A stretch of DNA of 64,000 nt, from NCBI GenBank assembly GCA_028023455.1, contig JAQFVV010000010.1:16182001-16246000 (forward strand), given 5' to 3'. Under the pieces are notes generated by a model. The model did not search any database and was not told where the DNA came from. It saw only the letters and a list, made by a program, of their open reading frames with translations. Origin of the DNA: Epiperipatus broadwayi (Eukaryota > Animalia > Onychophora). The translations under genes were made by a program, and so were the position numbers. Positions 1 to 12,912 of this stretch are shown in pieces. Within the stretch, counting starts at the first letter, position 1. Each line of letters starts with the position of its first letter.

Positions 1-1675
1 AACAGATTGCTGAAGTTATTCTTAAAAGTAGCAGAAATGCTCTCTATACTATATTTAGGATTTTGAAAATGCTTATAGAATAGTTTTTTTTTTTTCAGTT
101 TTATTTTAATTTTAAGTAATGTTATTAGTGTTATTGTTTACCTGAACTTTTGTGATGATGGGTTTTAGATGTGATAATATGTTGGACTATTTCCATCATC
201 TACCATTAAATGTTGAAGGTCTAGACAATTTTAAACTTTATTTCAACTTTTCCAAATACACACAAGTTGGCATATAACACAGGTTAGTAGATTACATGAT
301 GATTGAAACATTAAGTAATCTACTAAACTGTGTTATCTATTAATTTGTGTATTATTACTAATAGTTGTTTGTATTTTTAAAAAAATTTCTAGATATTGGA
401 CATTTAATGAGAGATGATGGAAATAGTCCAACGTATTATCACAATATCCCAAACATCAGACATGGTACTAATTTTACTTAATACATGTAAACTACAATAA
501 TAATAATAATAATAATTTTTTATTTCTATTTTTCATTTTTTAATCAACATTTTTAATTTGCAATGAACTAAAATCATGAATACTAAAATTAAGGATATTG
601 GGGATTTCTGTAAAGTTAAATCTTTAGATATTTTGCTTACTTATTTAATTTAAGTCTCAATATAAAATTATATTTAAATGAAGACATGTTTCAATAATTT
701 AACTGTCATCTAATAAAAATCCAATGAGTTCTGAATTTAAAAAATTCTGACATTAAAAATTGTCGTTTAGCAAATTTCACCATACAAATATTAATAATCA
801 TATAAAAACTATAAATAAAGTATTCATTGCTTGATATTTTTATTAAAAACAATATATCTGGAAAAAATAGTTTTATATATAAGTGTGATTGCTAATTTTC
901 CATTTTGCAGCAATAAAAAACCTAAAGTAATAAATAGATCAAGAAATTAAATTGGGATACTGTTTCAGTTTAAATTTAATAGAAATAAAAAATATTTTGT
1001 TGAATGAAGAATATTTATATAGAAATTAAACATATTTTTTTCTCAGTGATGTTTATTCATCAAAAAAAAAAATACAGATACAGTTAGAAAAAGGTTTACA
1101 AAGGAGTGATTATAAAATAAATTGAAATTTCAGGAGCAACATGGTAAGAGAGGAAGGATACATATGAAAAGGGAATGGGAAGGGAAATGGTGTGTAGTCC
1201 AGGCCAGTCCGAAATGCATGTCTTCATGATTGAGTCCTATGACAGAATGACAGAGGCTGAGAGGATGGGAGTTGGAGGATTGCCCAAGTGTCTGTGAGGA
1301 GTGGAGGTGGGGCTAGTTTGGTATCTCTGGTTTTGAGACAGTGAATTAGGTCCAAGAGCTTTTGGTTCACTGTGGCTACTCTCTTGTAAAAGATAATGTC
1401 ACATCAGAGCAACCAGAGAGCATAGATGAGAAAAACTGATAGTCTAATAGCTGCGAGAAATTAAACATATTTTCATTAATTGTTCATACAAATGTAACTT
1501 GTAAAAATTGGGATGACCAAAAATTGTAAAAATTAATAAAATTTGAAATAAATAATATAACAGTCAGAAATGAGAGCAGTAATAATGAAAAGTGAAACCA
1601 CTATAAGTATATTTCTGTAAAATGAATATTCATAACCATTAGATATTTTATACAACACATTTATTAATAACACAT

Positions 1676-1772
1676 AAACTAAATAACAAACTAACAATTA
1701 AAGAAAACTAAACTAAATAACAAACTAACAATTAAAGAAAACTAAACTAAATAAACTAACAATTAAAGAAAA
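1676..1772. repeat. 34-bp tandem repeat, about 2.8 copies
   Basis: AAACTAAATAACAAACTAACAATTAAAGAAAACT repeated head-to-tail; the third copy has a small deletion. Confidence 0.9.
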
Positions 1773-4464
1773 TAAACAGATTGTCACTTTGTTGAGCCAA
1801 AATTAAAATAACTTATTAATGATTATTAATAAAATCTGTCAACACCCGGCACACAATGGAAAGCCAAAATCACTATTGACTACAAATTATTTTTTATAAT
1901 TATTAATATGATATTATTTTATAAGAATATATTATTTGTAATTTAAATTTTATAATGGCAATATTCTATAATTTATTATATTTGAATGTATTGCATAACA
2001 TGTGTGTGCATAAAATCATCTAATCTAGATATCTAAACATGGAAATGAGATTTTTAAGCAAGGTTCAGTTCCATGATCAAAGTATGTTGTTATATTACAT
2101 CTGTTAATTCTAATAAATTTATTACCAACAGTAATCTTGTTACTATCTCATTCATTCACATTTAATATGAAAAAAAGATATGTGTGTTTAATACCAATAC
2201 AAATTATGACATTTAGATATAATCAGGTGAATTTTTAAAAGGGAGATACTCGACATTATTACCTCTTAACAATGATATATTTGTTTGCCTTTAAATGCAT
2301 GCATAAAATATATGCCTTTAAACATTATTACATGGATATGCTTTAATAAACAGCAAACTAATTATCATAAGTCAGGAATCCTACTGCAAGACATGGAATA
2401 TAAAATATACATAAATAAAAGAGCACAAATATCATTACTCAACATAATGCAGAAATTCTAACTATAAATTATCAGGTAGGATGGCAGCCATGCTGGAAGC
2501 TGCTTATAACTTTTATTTATTTATTGATGTTTTCTAAATTGTAGAATTAATTTCAGTGTTTTGTTTATTATATATATAAAACTTAGTTTCAGTCTCAGTT
2601 TTAATATTATGTTAAATATTATTAATCCTAATTAAATAAATCTTATTTAAATTTATGATATACTTCTAAAATTGACATCCTTAAATAAAATATATTAACT
2701 GCCTTTTGATGGAGTGTTATACATTAAGTATTGTTATGCTGCATTTTCAAATTATTACAGGTTATTAATATATCTTTTATGAAAGAGTTTGATGTGTTTG
2801 AATTGCTGATGTCTAGTTAGATGTGAAATATAAAATAAAACAAAATCAATTTGAAAATAAAAAATGAAAGAGGAGAAATAATTCAATTAAATTATGATGG
2901 GGATTTATTAACTTAAATTTACAACTAATGGAACTTTAGAGAGAGTTTTCCCAGAGATCAAAAATGTCATTTAATTAGCATGGAGCAAAAAGGCACCAAC
3001 AATTTAAGACAATCAAATTATAGTTATTATAAATATGAAGAAGAACAAAAATTAATTTGAAAGCTAAATTGAAAATACAATAGTAAAATATTAGCAAAAT
3101 AGTAGATAAGGGAAATGATGAAAAATATATAGGAGTGTGTTAGTCAGAAAAGTTATTTTTAAAAAGGGAGTAAAGTATATATTGTTTTGAAGGGAATGAA
3201 GCAGAAAAAAAATAGAGACGATAGTAGTTTGTAGTTTTTAATATAATCAGATAATTAACAGTAATATACTTACCAAAATTATTTTTAATTGCTATTGTTA
3301 GCAGTGAATTACTTATATTTTCTGTCATTTTTTAAAGCTAAGATTTACTTTCAAAACAATGCTGTTCTGTTAGTAAACTTTTTTGAATAACAACTAATTA
3401 TAAGTATAAACCGATAAAAAAAAATTGACATCTTATTGCTAGTGTGTTTCATTACGAACACTAAACTAAAGAATTGATTGACAATACAGAGTAAATATGT
3501 TACACAAATTGTTTAACTCTCACAAAGAATTCCAATAGAAAATAATGTCGACAAAAGAATTAGAATATCAACCTGAATTCACAAAGTGGCTTAATACATG
3601 TTGATTTTTTTTAAAAAACAGTAAAGTAATTCAAAGAATAATTTGCTTATTTTATCATACCTTTGTTATTAAAACATGCAAACTTTTATACATATTTATA
3701 AAAGCAATTGCCTTTTGCCTTCGTTTAGAACTTGCATGCATTTGTTAGAATGAATTTTTTTTTTTTAGTCAAAAACAGTTCCTTCTATATATACACCGAT
3801 GGATATTTGTATATAAACAGAATAGGTGGTTAAGTCATATATATATAATATTATAGTTTAAAGTGTTTAGATATAGTGAACTTTGATTTAGATCTATTCA
3901 TTACATACTAACCTCTTCCTACTAAAAAAGCTCATTAAACTATTAAACAATTTATATTCTTAAGTTTATAATCACCTAACTAAAAAATTGTCAGAATTTT
4001 TCTTCCATTACAGACTAATAAAGCACGTGAAATTTTTAAACATTAATTACTAAATCAAAGTTTTTCTAAGTTGCATACATAACATTCAAATCATTCTTTA
4101 ACTTTTTATGATTTGATAAGGATAGCCTAATCATTAGCTTTCAGCAAATTTAGAGACCCAAAAGATGAAATTCTCATTTGTGCTTCTGATTCAAATTTAA
4201 AATGGCACCATGTTGATGTCTAGCTTCTAAAAAAAATCCAGTAACTGGTTAAAGTCCACTAATGTAAAATTGTAGGAGAAACATATTGCTGATACACATT
4301 TTGTTTATCGTTAGTTTTCATTTTAAATATTTCAGCAATTATAAAATCTTTTTCATCATATCACCATGTAGAAACAGAATGATATAAATAAACTTTACTG
4401 GTCAAACAGCTAATTCAAATATTGATACAATTGTTGATTAAATCAACAAAAGCAACATATAATT

Positions 4465-4935
4465 TAGCGATGTCCAATCTGTGGTCTGAGAGTCAGATGT
4501 GGCACTGTATGACTATAAATGCAACCCAATGTAAAATCAAAAACTTATTTAAAACATTGAGATTTTTGGGTGATTATATGTCACAAAGTGGTTAAAATAA
4601 ATGTACATATGCACACAAATACAATGTCAAATATACAAACTAATTTTGATTCCTTCTTTTATCTTTATAATAAAAAAAATAACAGGTTGTTTTATTCCTT
4701 AGATATATATTTTCTATATTACGGATCACAAACTTGGAAAATGCTCAAAGATTTTAAAAGACTCTGAATGGGTGGGTCATTATGTAATTAGGATTATTGC
4801 TTAAGGACCGTTTTGCTTATCTATGATGGTGGATTGCATGAACTTTTTAAGCATGGACAATTTTTTTTTTGCCAATTAGTTTTCGATAATATTTGTATAT
4901 TTAATGTGTGGCCTAAAAAAACTGGGCCAGAGACA
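4465..4935 (+). mobile_element. Decayed non-autonomous hAT/Charlie (MER30-like) element
   Basis: 4465-4560 (gatgtccaatctgtggtctgagagtcagatgtggc...aaacttatttaaaacattgagattttt) and 4860-4930 (ttttttgccaattag...tgtatatttaatgtgtggcc) resemble from memory the two ends of MER30-type Charlie MITEs. The right TIR is truncated and no TSD was found. Confidence 0.5.
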
Positions 4936-5799
4936 TTTATATTTTTTTGCTCATTACATTTTTTTTTCACATTCACATGACAAAACAAACATTATTCCTA
5001 TACTGCTTTTTAATATTTAAAACTACATTTAGTATCCAGCATCACTCATCTTTGATGTAAAGTAACTTATTCAATAAAATGTTTAAAAATATTTTTGCTA
5101 TTCCATGATAAATGCTGCAGTTTTTTCTAACCTAGAATTAGAAAAACATTGTTAAGATTAAATATCATAATTTCATATATTCCTTTAAAAAATCCCAAAT
5201 TTTTGAAATTGTCAAATCACTATCTTATTTTAAAATTTCATCAGGATTTGAAGTCTTTATATTTTTAAGATTAAATAGAGTGGCTTTAATTTTATTAAAC
5301 CGTATATCTTTATCCAAATTTAAATGACTATATTGAAGCAATTACTCTGTAGTCAGAGCGAGCTTCATGTTTTTTCTATCTAAAGTAAACTAACATGTAC
5401 AAGGGTTCAAACCTAGCAATATTTAAATTACTAACAGTGCCATCATATATATGTAATTTTATATATATATTACAAACTATTATAATGAATATTTTATAAT
5501 TTTTTGATTCTGTTGTTTTGATATTTTTCATACTTTGGAATATTTTAAGCTTGTGTTTTTTATTTTTAAAGAGAATTTTTTTATTACATAAAGTTTGTCA
5601 TTTGTAAAAATTATTTGCATTTAATTTCACATTTGTAAAAATATAAAAGAAAAGTTATAACCAAGATGGCAGATTCAAATCAGCCCATTGTGAAGTTTTC
5701 TTCACTAATTAAATATTTTAAATGCTTGATTTTAATTAATCAAAATATTGTCTCATCATAGTTTTAGTTTTATAATTTAAAGACTTTAATTAAAAGTTT

Positions 5800-7500
5800 T
5801 GCTAATGAAAGAGATTTGAACCTTATCTTCTTATATCTTACTTTTAAAATGGACTGTAATTTTCTCAGGAATTTAATAATTGTCTCATCTGCCTTTGGGC
5901 AAATGAGCCAAAACATTCCTGTAATAGCTTGGGTGGTAAAAATAGATTTATTTTTAGTCTGAGTCTTAGAGTCTGACAGTATATTTTGGTGCTTAGTTTT
6001 AAAATGACAGTTGAGTAGGGCCCAAATCATCTTTCCCTGTGCCTCTCAAGGCTGCCTCCACTATGAAGCCCCATGTTGGGTGCCATAATTGGAAAAAAAA
6101 TCCACTGTACTGGATGTCACCGGTACAATATAGGAGGGATGTATTATTAAATATAACCAAATAAATTATTGCATTATTATCCAAAATATTCTCAACATTT
6201 GTTTCACCAATTTAATATGATTATGATATTGTTTTTCAAGTCATTATGTTATTTTCGGTGCAATGGGGAAAAAAAAATTAATGGTCACAAACAGGAAATG
6301 CCTGTTTCTTTTGAATATGTATTTTGCCAATCCTTCTGCAAACTTCTGCCTTAAATTTCTATATTGCTTATAAAGCTGCAAATTCATTTTACTATTCTGC
6401 TAAACAGATGACGCCACATTTTCTTTTAATAAGTGTCAGAGAATCAGGAACATTCTTTTTTTAATGAATTCATGTTTCAATAACACAATTGGAAATTTCA
6501 ATACATAATAGCTAGTAATAATTAGCATAAATAATAGTTGTCGCTAAAAACAAATATTAAATGTTTAAATAGGATCCAGTTTTAATGCAATTATCATTTT
6601 AATTCTGAAGTCTACTAATAAATAATCTTTACAACAATTTGTATCTGTAAATTCTCTTATAATATTAACTTCTTTTACATTCTGACTTCTAACTGCAATA
6701 GAATTATTAAGATATTATGTTGAGTGTGGACACCTCTGATTTCTTTTATAGCAATTTATTTTTACTTCAGCAAAGACTTTGTGTAAGCCAACCATGTGTT
6801 AGCAAAAAAAAATATGAAGTACAAACTATTTAAAATTCACAGAACTAATGCTTAAAGTCTTCAAAAAATAATCAATATATTTTAGTGGCATTGGTGCACT
6901 GAGCATTGTCTACCAAGAAATAAAATCTTTTTTTTGTAACTTTCTGAATTTAATATTGAAGCATCAGCTCTGAATAATAGGCCTTGAATGCCATTGCAAA
7001 CCATTTATCTTTCATTGATATATTTAAATATTTATGACAATAAGAGATATCTAACAGTTAAAACACTAAACATCACATGATCACCATTTCTGATGCTTGC
7101 ACAAATAATATCTAACACGTATTCTATTATAATGCTGTATTCTTCCATTAAGATATTTGCTCTTCCACCAAACATGAAATCATCTACATATTCAATTAAA
7201 TTTTCTTTCTCTGGAAGGATTTCTTCACAAAAATTAATCTGAAACATTTTTTTTACAATTATAGCTTATGATTTATTACAAACCTTGAAAGAGTACCTTG
7301 CACACAATGCAAATCTGGAAAATTTAAAGGTATATATTGTAACAGTCAAGTTTTGTACATTTGCGTAACAGAATCTAGGATCCAGGCAAAGAGACCCAAG
7401 TTGACCAGACCAGGAGTGTGATGTCCTGAATATGACCATTCTTAAACTCATTTGACAGTACCCAATGACTCAAGAGCCTATCAATGACCACACTTGAAGT
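5800..7500 (-). pseudogene. Heavily decayed non-LTR retrotransposon (LINE) reverse transcriptase remnant
   Basis: Minus-strand motifs in RT order: CVQGTLSRFVIN (QG motif, ~7300), LIEYVDDFMFGG (YxDD, ORF 7032-7247), then HVMFSV and YLNISM-like thumb motifs. Many stops and frameshifts. Confidence 0.4.
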
Positions 7501-10500
7501 TAGACATAGTATATCCATCTTTCGCGGCTGGCATAGGGCAGGGAAAAACATGAAACTTGGGATTTTAAATATATATATATATATATATTAACTAATTTAA
7601 TTGCTACCAGCATGAAATTAAAGATAACTTTCATAAATGGTAATTAATGCATATATAGTTATATCACATATATAATTAACTAAGACTGAATTGGCTTGAA
7701 ATAGGAACAAGAAATAACACAAAAACAGAATAAATTTAACATATATTTATTAATCAAACAGAACATAAATTAATGTGGGAAAAGCATACAGGCTTTATAA
7801 TGTGAGGATTTAGCATGTCTCCTCATTAAATCTTTAATTATTAATATGAAGATACATTTAAAGAATCATTAAGTGGTGCCTAAATAAGATTCTGCCAATT
7901 CCTATTTAAAGTGGTAGCTATTATTATAAAAATGCTGTACCAGTCTTAGGTAAAACATTTACTATCTTTTCCTTTTAAATATTTTATTTAAACATTTAAA
8001 TAAATATTTTAGACAAAATATTTATTGCGACATTATTATTTTAATAAAGTATGAACGTATAATTCAGCTCAGAGTAGAGATTGAACCCAGAAACCAGAGA
8101 TATAAATTTCAGTTTAATACTGAATAATTAATTAAATTATGGGATTCAGAATTGGCTCTAATGGGATCACTGACATGCTACAGCACCGTCAAATTACAAT
8201 AACAGAGTGCTCTGTGGATAGATAAGAGTCGAGAGTTTTCATGACCAACACCAGTACCCTGGAACTGAGTGTCATGCTGCTAAAAAGGTCAGGGTGGCTA
8301 ACACAACTGCCTGAAATTATACATTAGGTCCTACTAGTGTGCACCCCGAAAGGTAAGATGGGATGGCCTTTCCCAAGGTCCCATCTTAAGGAGAAGATGC
8401 AGCAAAATGTTAAACATTGAACGTGAATTTAATGTATCTAATCCACCAAGCGAAAATATGACATTAATTATTACAAAAATATGGGGCAATTGCCGATCAG
8501 TATTACTATCATGAGCCAGTTCTCACAATGCTATATAAAATCAAGCGACATTAAGGGGATAAATCAAATATAATAAAACACTGGTTTATAGGTTTCAATC
8601 TATAGATAGAAATTATTACAAGGGAGGGGAAAGTATATTTGATCGATTGGCCAAATAATTATTGAATATACTTACATATTACTAAGATTGGCACATTACT
8701 TCAATCTCAATAAGACGGAAATTTAATAGTAAGCTATAATACATTTTTAAATTAAATAAAATTATAGAATTTGAACCAGTGAGTATATACGGAGAATGTC
8801 ATTAAGAAACAGTTATGGGAAGATATTTGCAATTATATCTGTGAATATTTATTACGTTTAAATGCTCACTGCTTTGAAGCATTGACATATAAATAACAAA
8901 AATAACAGTAAAGAAATATTATAGGCACAACTGCAGTGATAGACAAAGAAATTAGCGTAGGTTACATTTAGTTTAATTAAGATATTTGTAAAGATATAGA
9001 CAAGTTATACAAATGTAATAATATTTACTTTAACGAGAATTTATAATAAAAACATTTATAGGATTTTAAAGAAATTACATTATTTTATAGTTTGCTAGCT
9101 TTAAACTTTGAAGCAGAAAATTTGAATTTCGAAATAGTTCATTAACACAGGGCTCTGAGGTTATAGATTGGTGTTACCAATTAGTTGCTGGACTGGATAA
9201 GGTTTTGGCCTTCAGGTATCATGATCTTTTTGAGCGGGTGTAGCTGGATGGTTTCTTGTGGCAGCTCCAGTGGTTGAAGCATCGTCTAGCAGTGATCGCA
9301 TCATTCTTTCAGTGGGTTTAGAAGCAGCCATCACCTTTCTCCAGTCAGATCTTTCAAAGATCGATCTGACGTGGATTCAGCATGGCAACGCCCTTCTAAA
9401 ATTAATGACTCCTCCTCTCAAGCTTAAAATGTACCCTATTTATACTTTTACTAAAAAAGAACCTGTTTTGCTGGAAAACCATTAACTCTATCTAAAATAT
9501 CACACTAAATTGTAAGATTTCTCAATTTGATCAAAAATACATTTATTTAGGCTTCCATGATGCAGATGTCAAAATAGTTTTGCTACAGTGATTTTAATGA
9601 CTATTTTTGCTATAAACAAATTTGAGTATAGCAATTATCAACTTATCTAACTTTGACTTAACCCCATTCAGTTCTTTTGATTTTTATTAGTGTCTTTTTA
9701 ATCCTGATTCCACCATATCACAATCATCCAGTAGTGCAGAAATTCTTTTCTGTCTATGCATAGTATGAATAAATTGTCAATCATCTTTCACAAAGCAAAT
9801 CTCACACAACATTTTTACCACTTAGTCTATTCTTCAAAAGCTAAAATTATTTTAATCCTTAAATCATCTATCAGTTTCTTCTTTCTTTCACCACTCTTTC
9901 ATATTTTACAATGCTTTTCAACACATACTTTATACTTACTCTAAGTACATATCTATTTCAGTTCCTTTCCCTCTTTTCTAATTTTAATAAATAATTTTAT
10001 TTCACTATCTTTTTCTATGTTTAACCCTATCTTTCCAATTCATCTTACAAATTTATTGAGTCTCCATTTTTTCTTCTTCATGCTTTAATTATTCATAGTA
10101 TTAAAATAAAAATAAATAATGGATTTTATGTATCAAAATAAAATTAAAGAAATATTTTTCTATATTCTTGTGTTTCATTACTATGCAAAACAACTTAATC
10201 AAATTATATACTCATAAATTTGTTTTTCTATTATTACTTCATTCAATTTGTTAATATACCATTTACATCTTGTTAATTTATTTTTTATACTCATATATTA
10301 TAACCACATAAATGTAAATTGAAAGATGAAAAATGTACCTATGTAATCCTATTGAACATGCCAATTATAAGAATATATATCACTAATAACTAATGACATA
10401 TAGTATACATAGACTCATTTACCATTGACACTTAATTTGTACAATTAAATATAAAAAATACACACATCGTTAAGCTATTTGTTAATAATATTACTGGTAT

Positions 10501-11725
10501 TTCTTCAGAATGATTTATCATCTATTTTGCTTCTCAATGGTACATTTATTATTATGATGATAGCGTTTATCCATCTTATTATTGATTTTCTATGCTTCTT
10601 TTACCACCAACGTAAGACATTTTCTGTCTAGTATCTGTGCTTCAAACAAAATTCAGTTTTAATTTATTCAAGTATTCACCTGTTTAATTTTTTCACTGAA
10701 AACCATATTCTTTAGTCTTCAGTTAGATTATAGAAGACAAAAATTTCAACAATTCTGATTTTAATTTAAAAAAATATATCTAATAATCTCTTCAACATAA
10801 CTTCAAAATATCAGTCATTGATGAATCTCTTGACTGTTGTTTCCATTGTTGTTTAAGAATGATTCCATAAGTTAAAAAAAACTGTCATATTTTTTGTCTT
10901 CGTCACATGTTTTAAACTTAGACTATTAATTAAATTTATTATTATTTATTTATGAAATACTTATTAGTATTCTATCAGATTGATTAATCATTAGTACAGT
11001 CTCATATAACTGTTAAAGATGATTGCATATTTTTGTAGTTTGATAGATATTCAAGAATTATTTACCTATTATTATTAATATAAGTCACATTTAATTATTC
11101 TTATTGTTTATATACTACACTAATTCTATGTTTTGTGTTGAAACATTTTGAAATTTTTTTTTTCTTGTTCAATGGATATTAATTTGGTAAAAGCAAGATT
11201 TGTAAGGAAAATCAGTATATGGAATATATAATTATATATTGGAATTAATGACCTTTTTTTTGTTGTTGTTTTTAAAGGAACAGTTTATTTATTTAATTAA
11301 AAAATAAGTTTCTGTTTTTAAAATTCAAAGGGTTAAAGGTTTGAGAAATTGTTTGGATTATTTGATTGAACTATCTGTAAAGCCAAACAGATTTACTATA
11401 TTTAGGAAAATAATTAGAAATGTTAATTAAGTAATTAAAGTAATTTTGTAAACAATTTTTGGGTGAAAACAAATTGATTTGGCATCAGCTTATATCTATG
11501 AAAGAAATAGATTAAATTTATTTTAAAAATTGTTTATTTTAATTCAGATTTAGTTAAAAAGTGAGAGGCAAAATTTTTTTTGGAAAGTAGTCATGTTTTT
11601 TCCAAAAAAAAAAAAAAAAAAACTTGGTTAGAAGTATGAAGTGGCAATATTTTGTACCAATGGTCTTTCTAAATATTCATAAGTTTTTTATCATATACTA
11701 GCCCTGATATATATATACGATTTCA

Positions 11726-11915
11726 TATTATTATTATTTTCAGGATATTCCATGTGGTAAAATAGTTGATGTTTCGGTACAATAACAAGTTATTTTACCA
11801 CATGGAATATCCTGAAAATAATAATAATAAAGAAAGATAACACTTTGAGGAAGGTTCTTGTTAGTCTACTGAAACATCAGCTATTTAACTATTTTACCAC
11901 ATGAAATAATCATTT
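11726..11915. repeat. Perfect 39-bp inverted repeat followed by a Penelope-like terminus fragment
   Basis: Arms 11726-11764 and 11791-11829 are exact reverse complements with a 26-nt loop. 11871-11910 is a third, diverged copy (gaaacatcag...tattttaccacatg), preceded by CTTTGAGGAAGGT...ACTGAAAC. Confidence 0.8.
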
Positions 11916-12229
11916 ATCCGTGAAAATATTAGAATTAATATATATATATGATAAAACATATACAAATGTTTTAGTGGTAATCATGATAAACTATTTTCTC
12001 TTGATTCAAATTTTGCTAGCATATATTTAAAAAAATATATATACTGTTTAAGATTTTAATTTGATATAATCAGATAATTTAACATTTATTTATCTATTTA
12101 TTTGCTTTCAAGACATATGCTGATAGAGAGTGAGTGTTAATTAATTTAAATTACTTTATAACAAAGATTAAATATAATATAGTAACAATAATAATGAAGG
12201 GTGGAGTAAAAAAAGAAGTTTGAGTATTT

Positions 12230-12912
12230 GCAGTGGATAGTTGAAGAGAGCTTGAAACTCTGTGTTCAAATCCCCTATATTACATTCAAACTCCAAGTTT
12301 GAATATTTACAGTTTTAATATTTAATAACTGAAACACAGGCTTATATATATACCTGTGTCTATATATGTAATATATAGGGTATATGAGCACATATTTTCA
12401 CACAACCCACCACTCTCCAGTCTATCTAATAACACTGATACACTTAAGCACATATATGCTGAAAAGATAAATAATCACCAATATACGTATTTCATGCTAA
12501 ACCAGCAATCATCAGTTGGTCCAAATTATCATCTCCCACATATATACTATAAGTGCTCAGATATATATATTAAGATAGACAATCTTCATACTTTAATGGA
12601 CAGGCTCCAATCCACTACAGACTCCAACTCTTCAACCGTCCACCCAATTAAAAATCTGATGATGGAATGCTCGAAGGCCACTCAGAGGCCGAGATTCTTG
12701 TCACACCCATGCTGACCTAAGGTCAATCTGAAACCCACATGTACAGGACATAATCCATTAAATACATATGCAAGGTTGGGCAGACATCTCTACAATGTAA
12801 TAACTGAAACACAGGCTTATATATATACACCTGTGTCTATATATGTAATATATAGGGTATATGAGCACAGACTTTCACACAACCCACCACTCTCCAGTCT
12901 ATCTAATAACAC
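12230..12912 (-). mobile_element. Family A hammerhead-bearing repeat, locus 1 (475-bp unit plus partial tandem copy; inverted fragment at 12230-12300)
   Basis: taataactgaaacacagg recurs at 12323 and 12798 (period 475). The sequence is homologous to the 16-17 kb, 19.4 kb and 46 kb loci. Strand given is the ribozyme-sense strand. Confidence 0.85.
12478..12519 (-). ncRNA. Type-I minimal hammerhead ribozyme motif (core intact)
   Basis: Minus strand reads CCAA-CTGATGA-TTGCTG-GTT-TAGCAT-GAAA-TACGTA-TA-TTGG: stem I (A)CCAA/TTGG(T), CUGAUGA and GAAA core, stem II TGCTG/TAGCA (base pair 10.1/11.1 is a T-T mismatch), palindromic stem III ATACGTAT, NUH triplet AUA. Confidence 0.8.

Noticed and set aside
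1080-1450. Purine/GC-richer block as a LINE 3' fragment
   Set aside because: The minus-strand frame is suggestive but has no motif I can name.
7265-7329. Plus-strand exon candidate (YDLLQTLKEYLAHNANLENLK)
   Set aside because: It overlaps the antisense strand of a decayed LINE RT region, so the splice-like signals are probably coincidental.
12655-12705. Second, opposite-polarity hammerhead in family A (CTGATGATGG...CCGAGA), which would give a viroid-like two-ribozyme unit
   Set aside because: The GAAA position reads GAGA in one copy and AATA in three, and I could not build stems I-III. Not supported unless a genome-wide consensus restores it.
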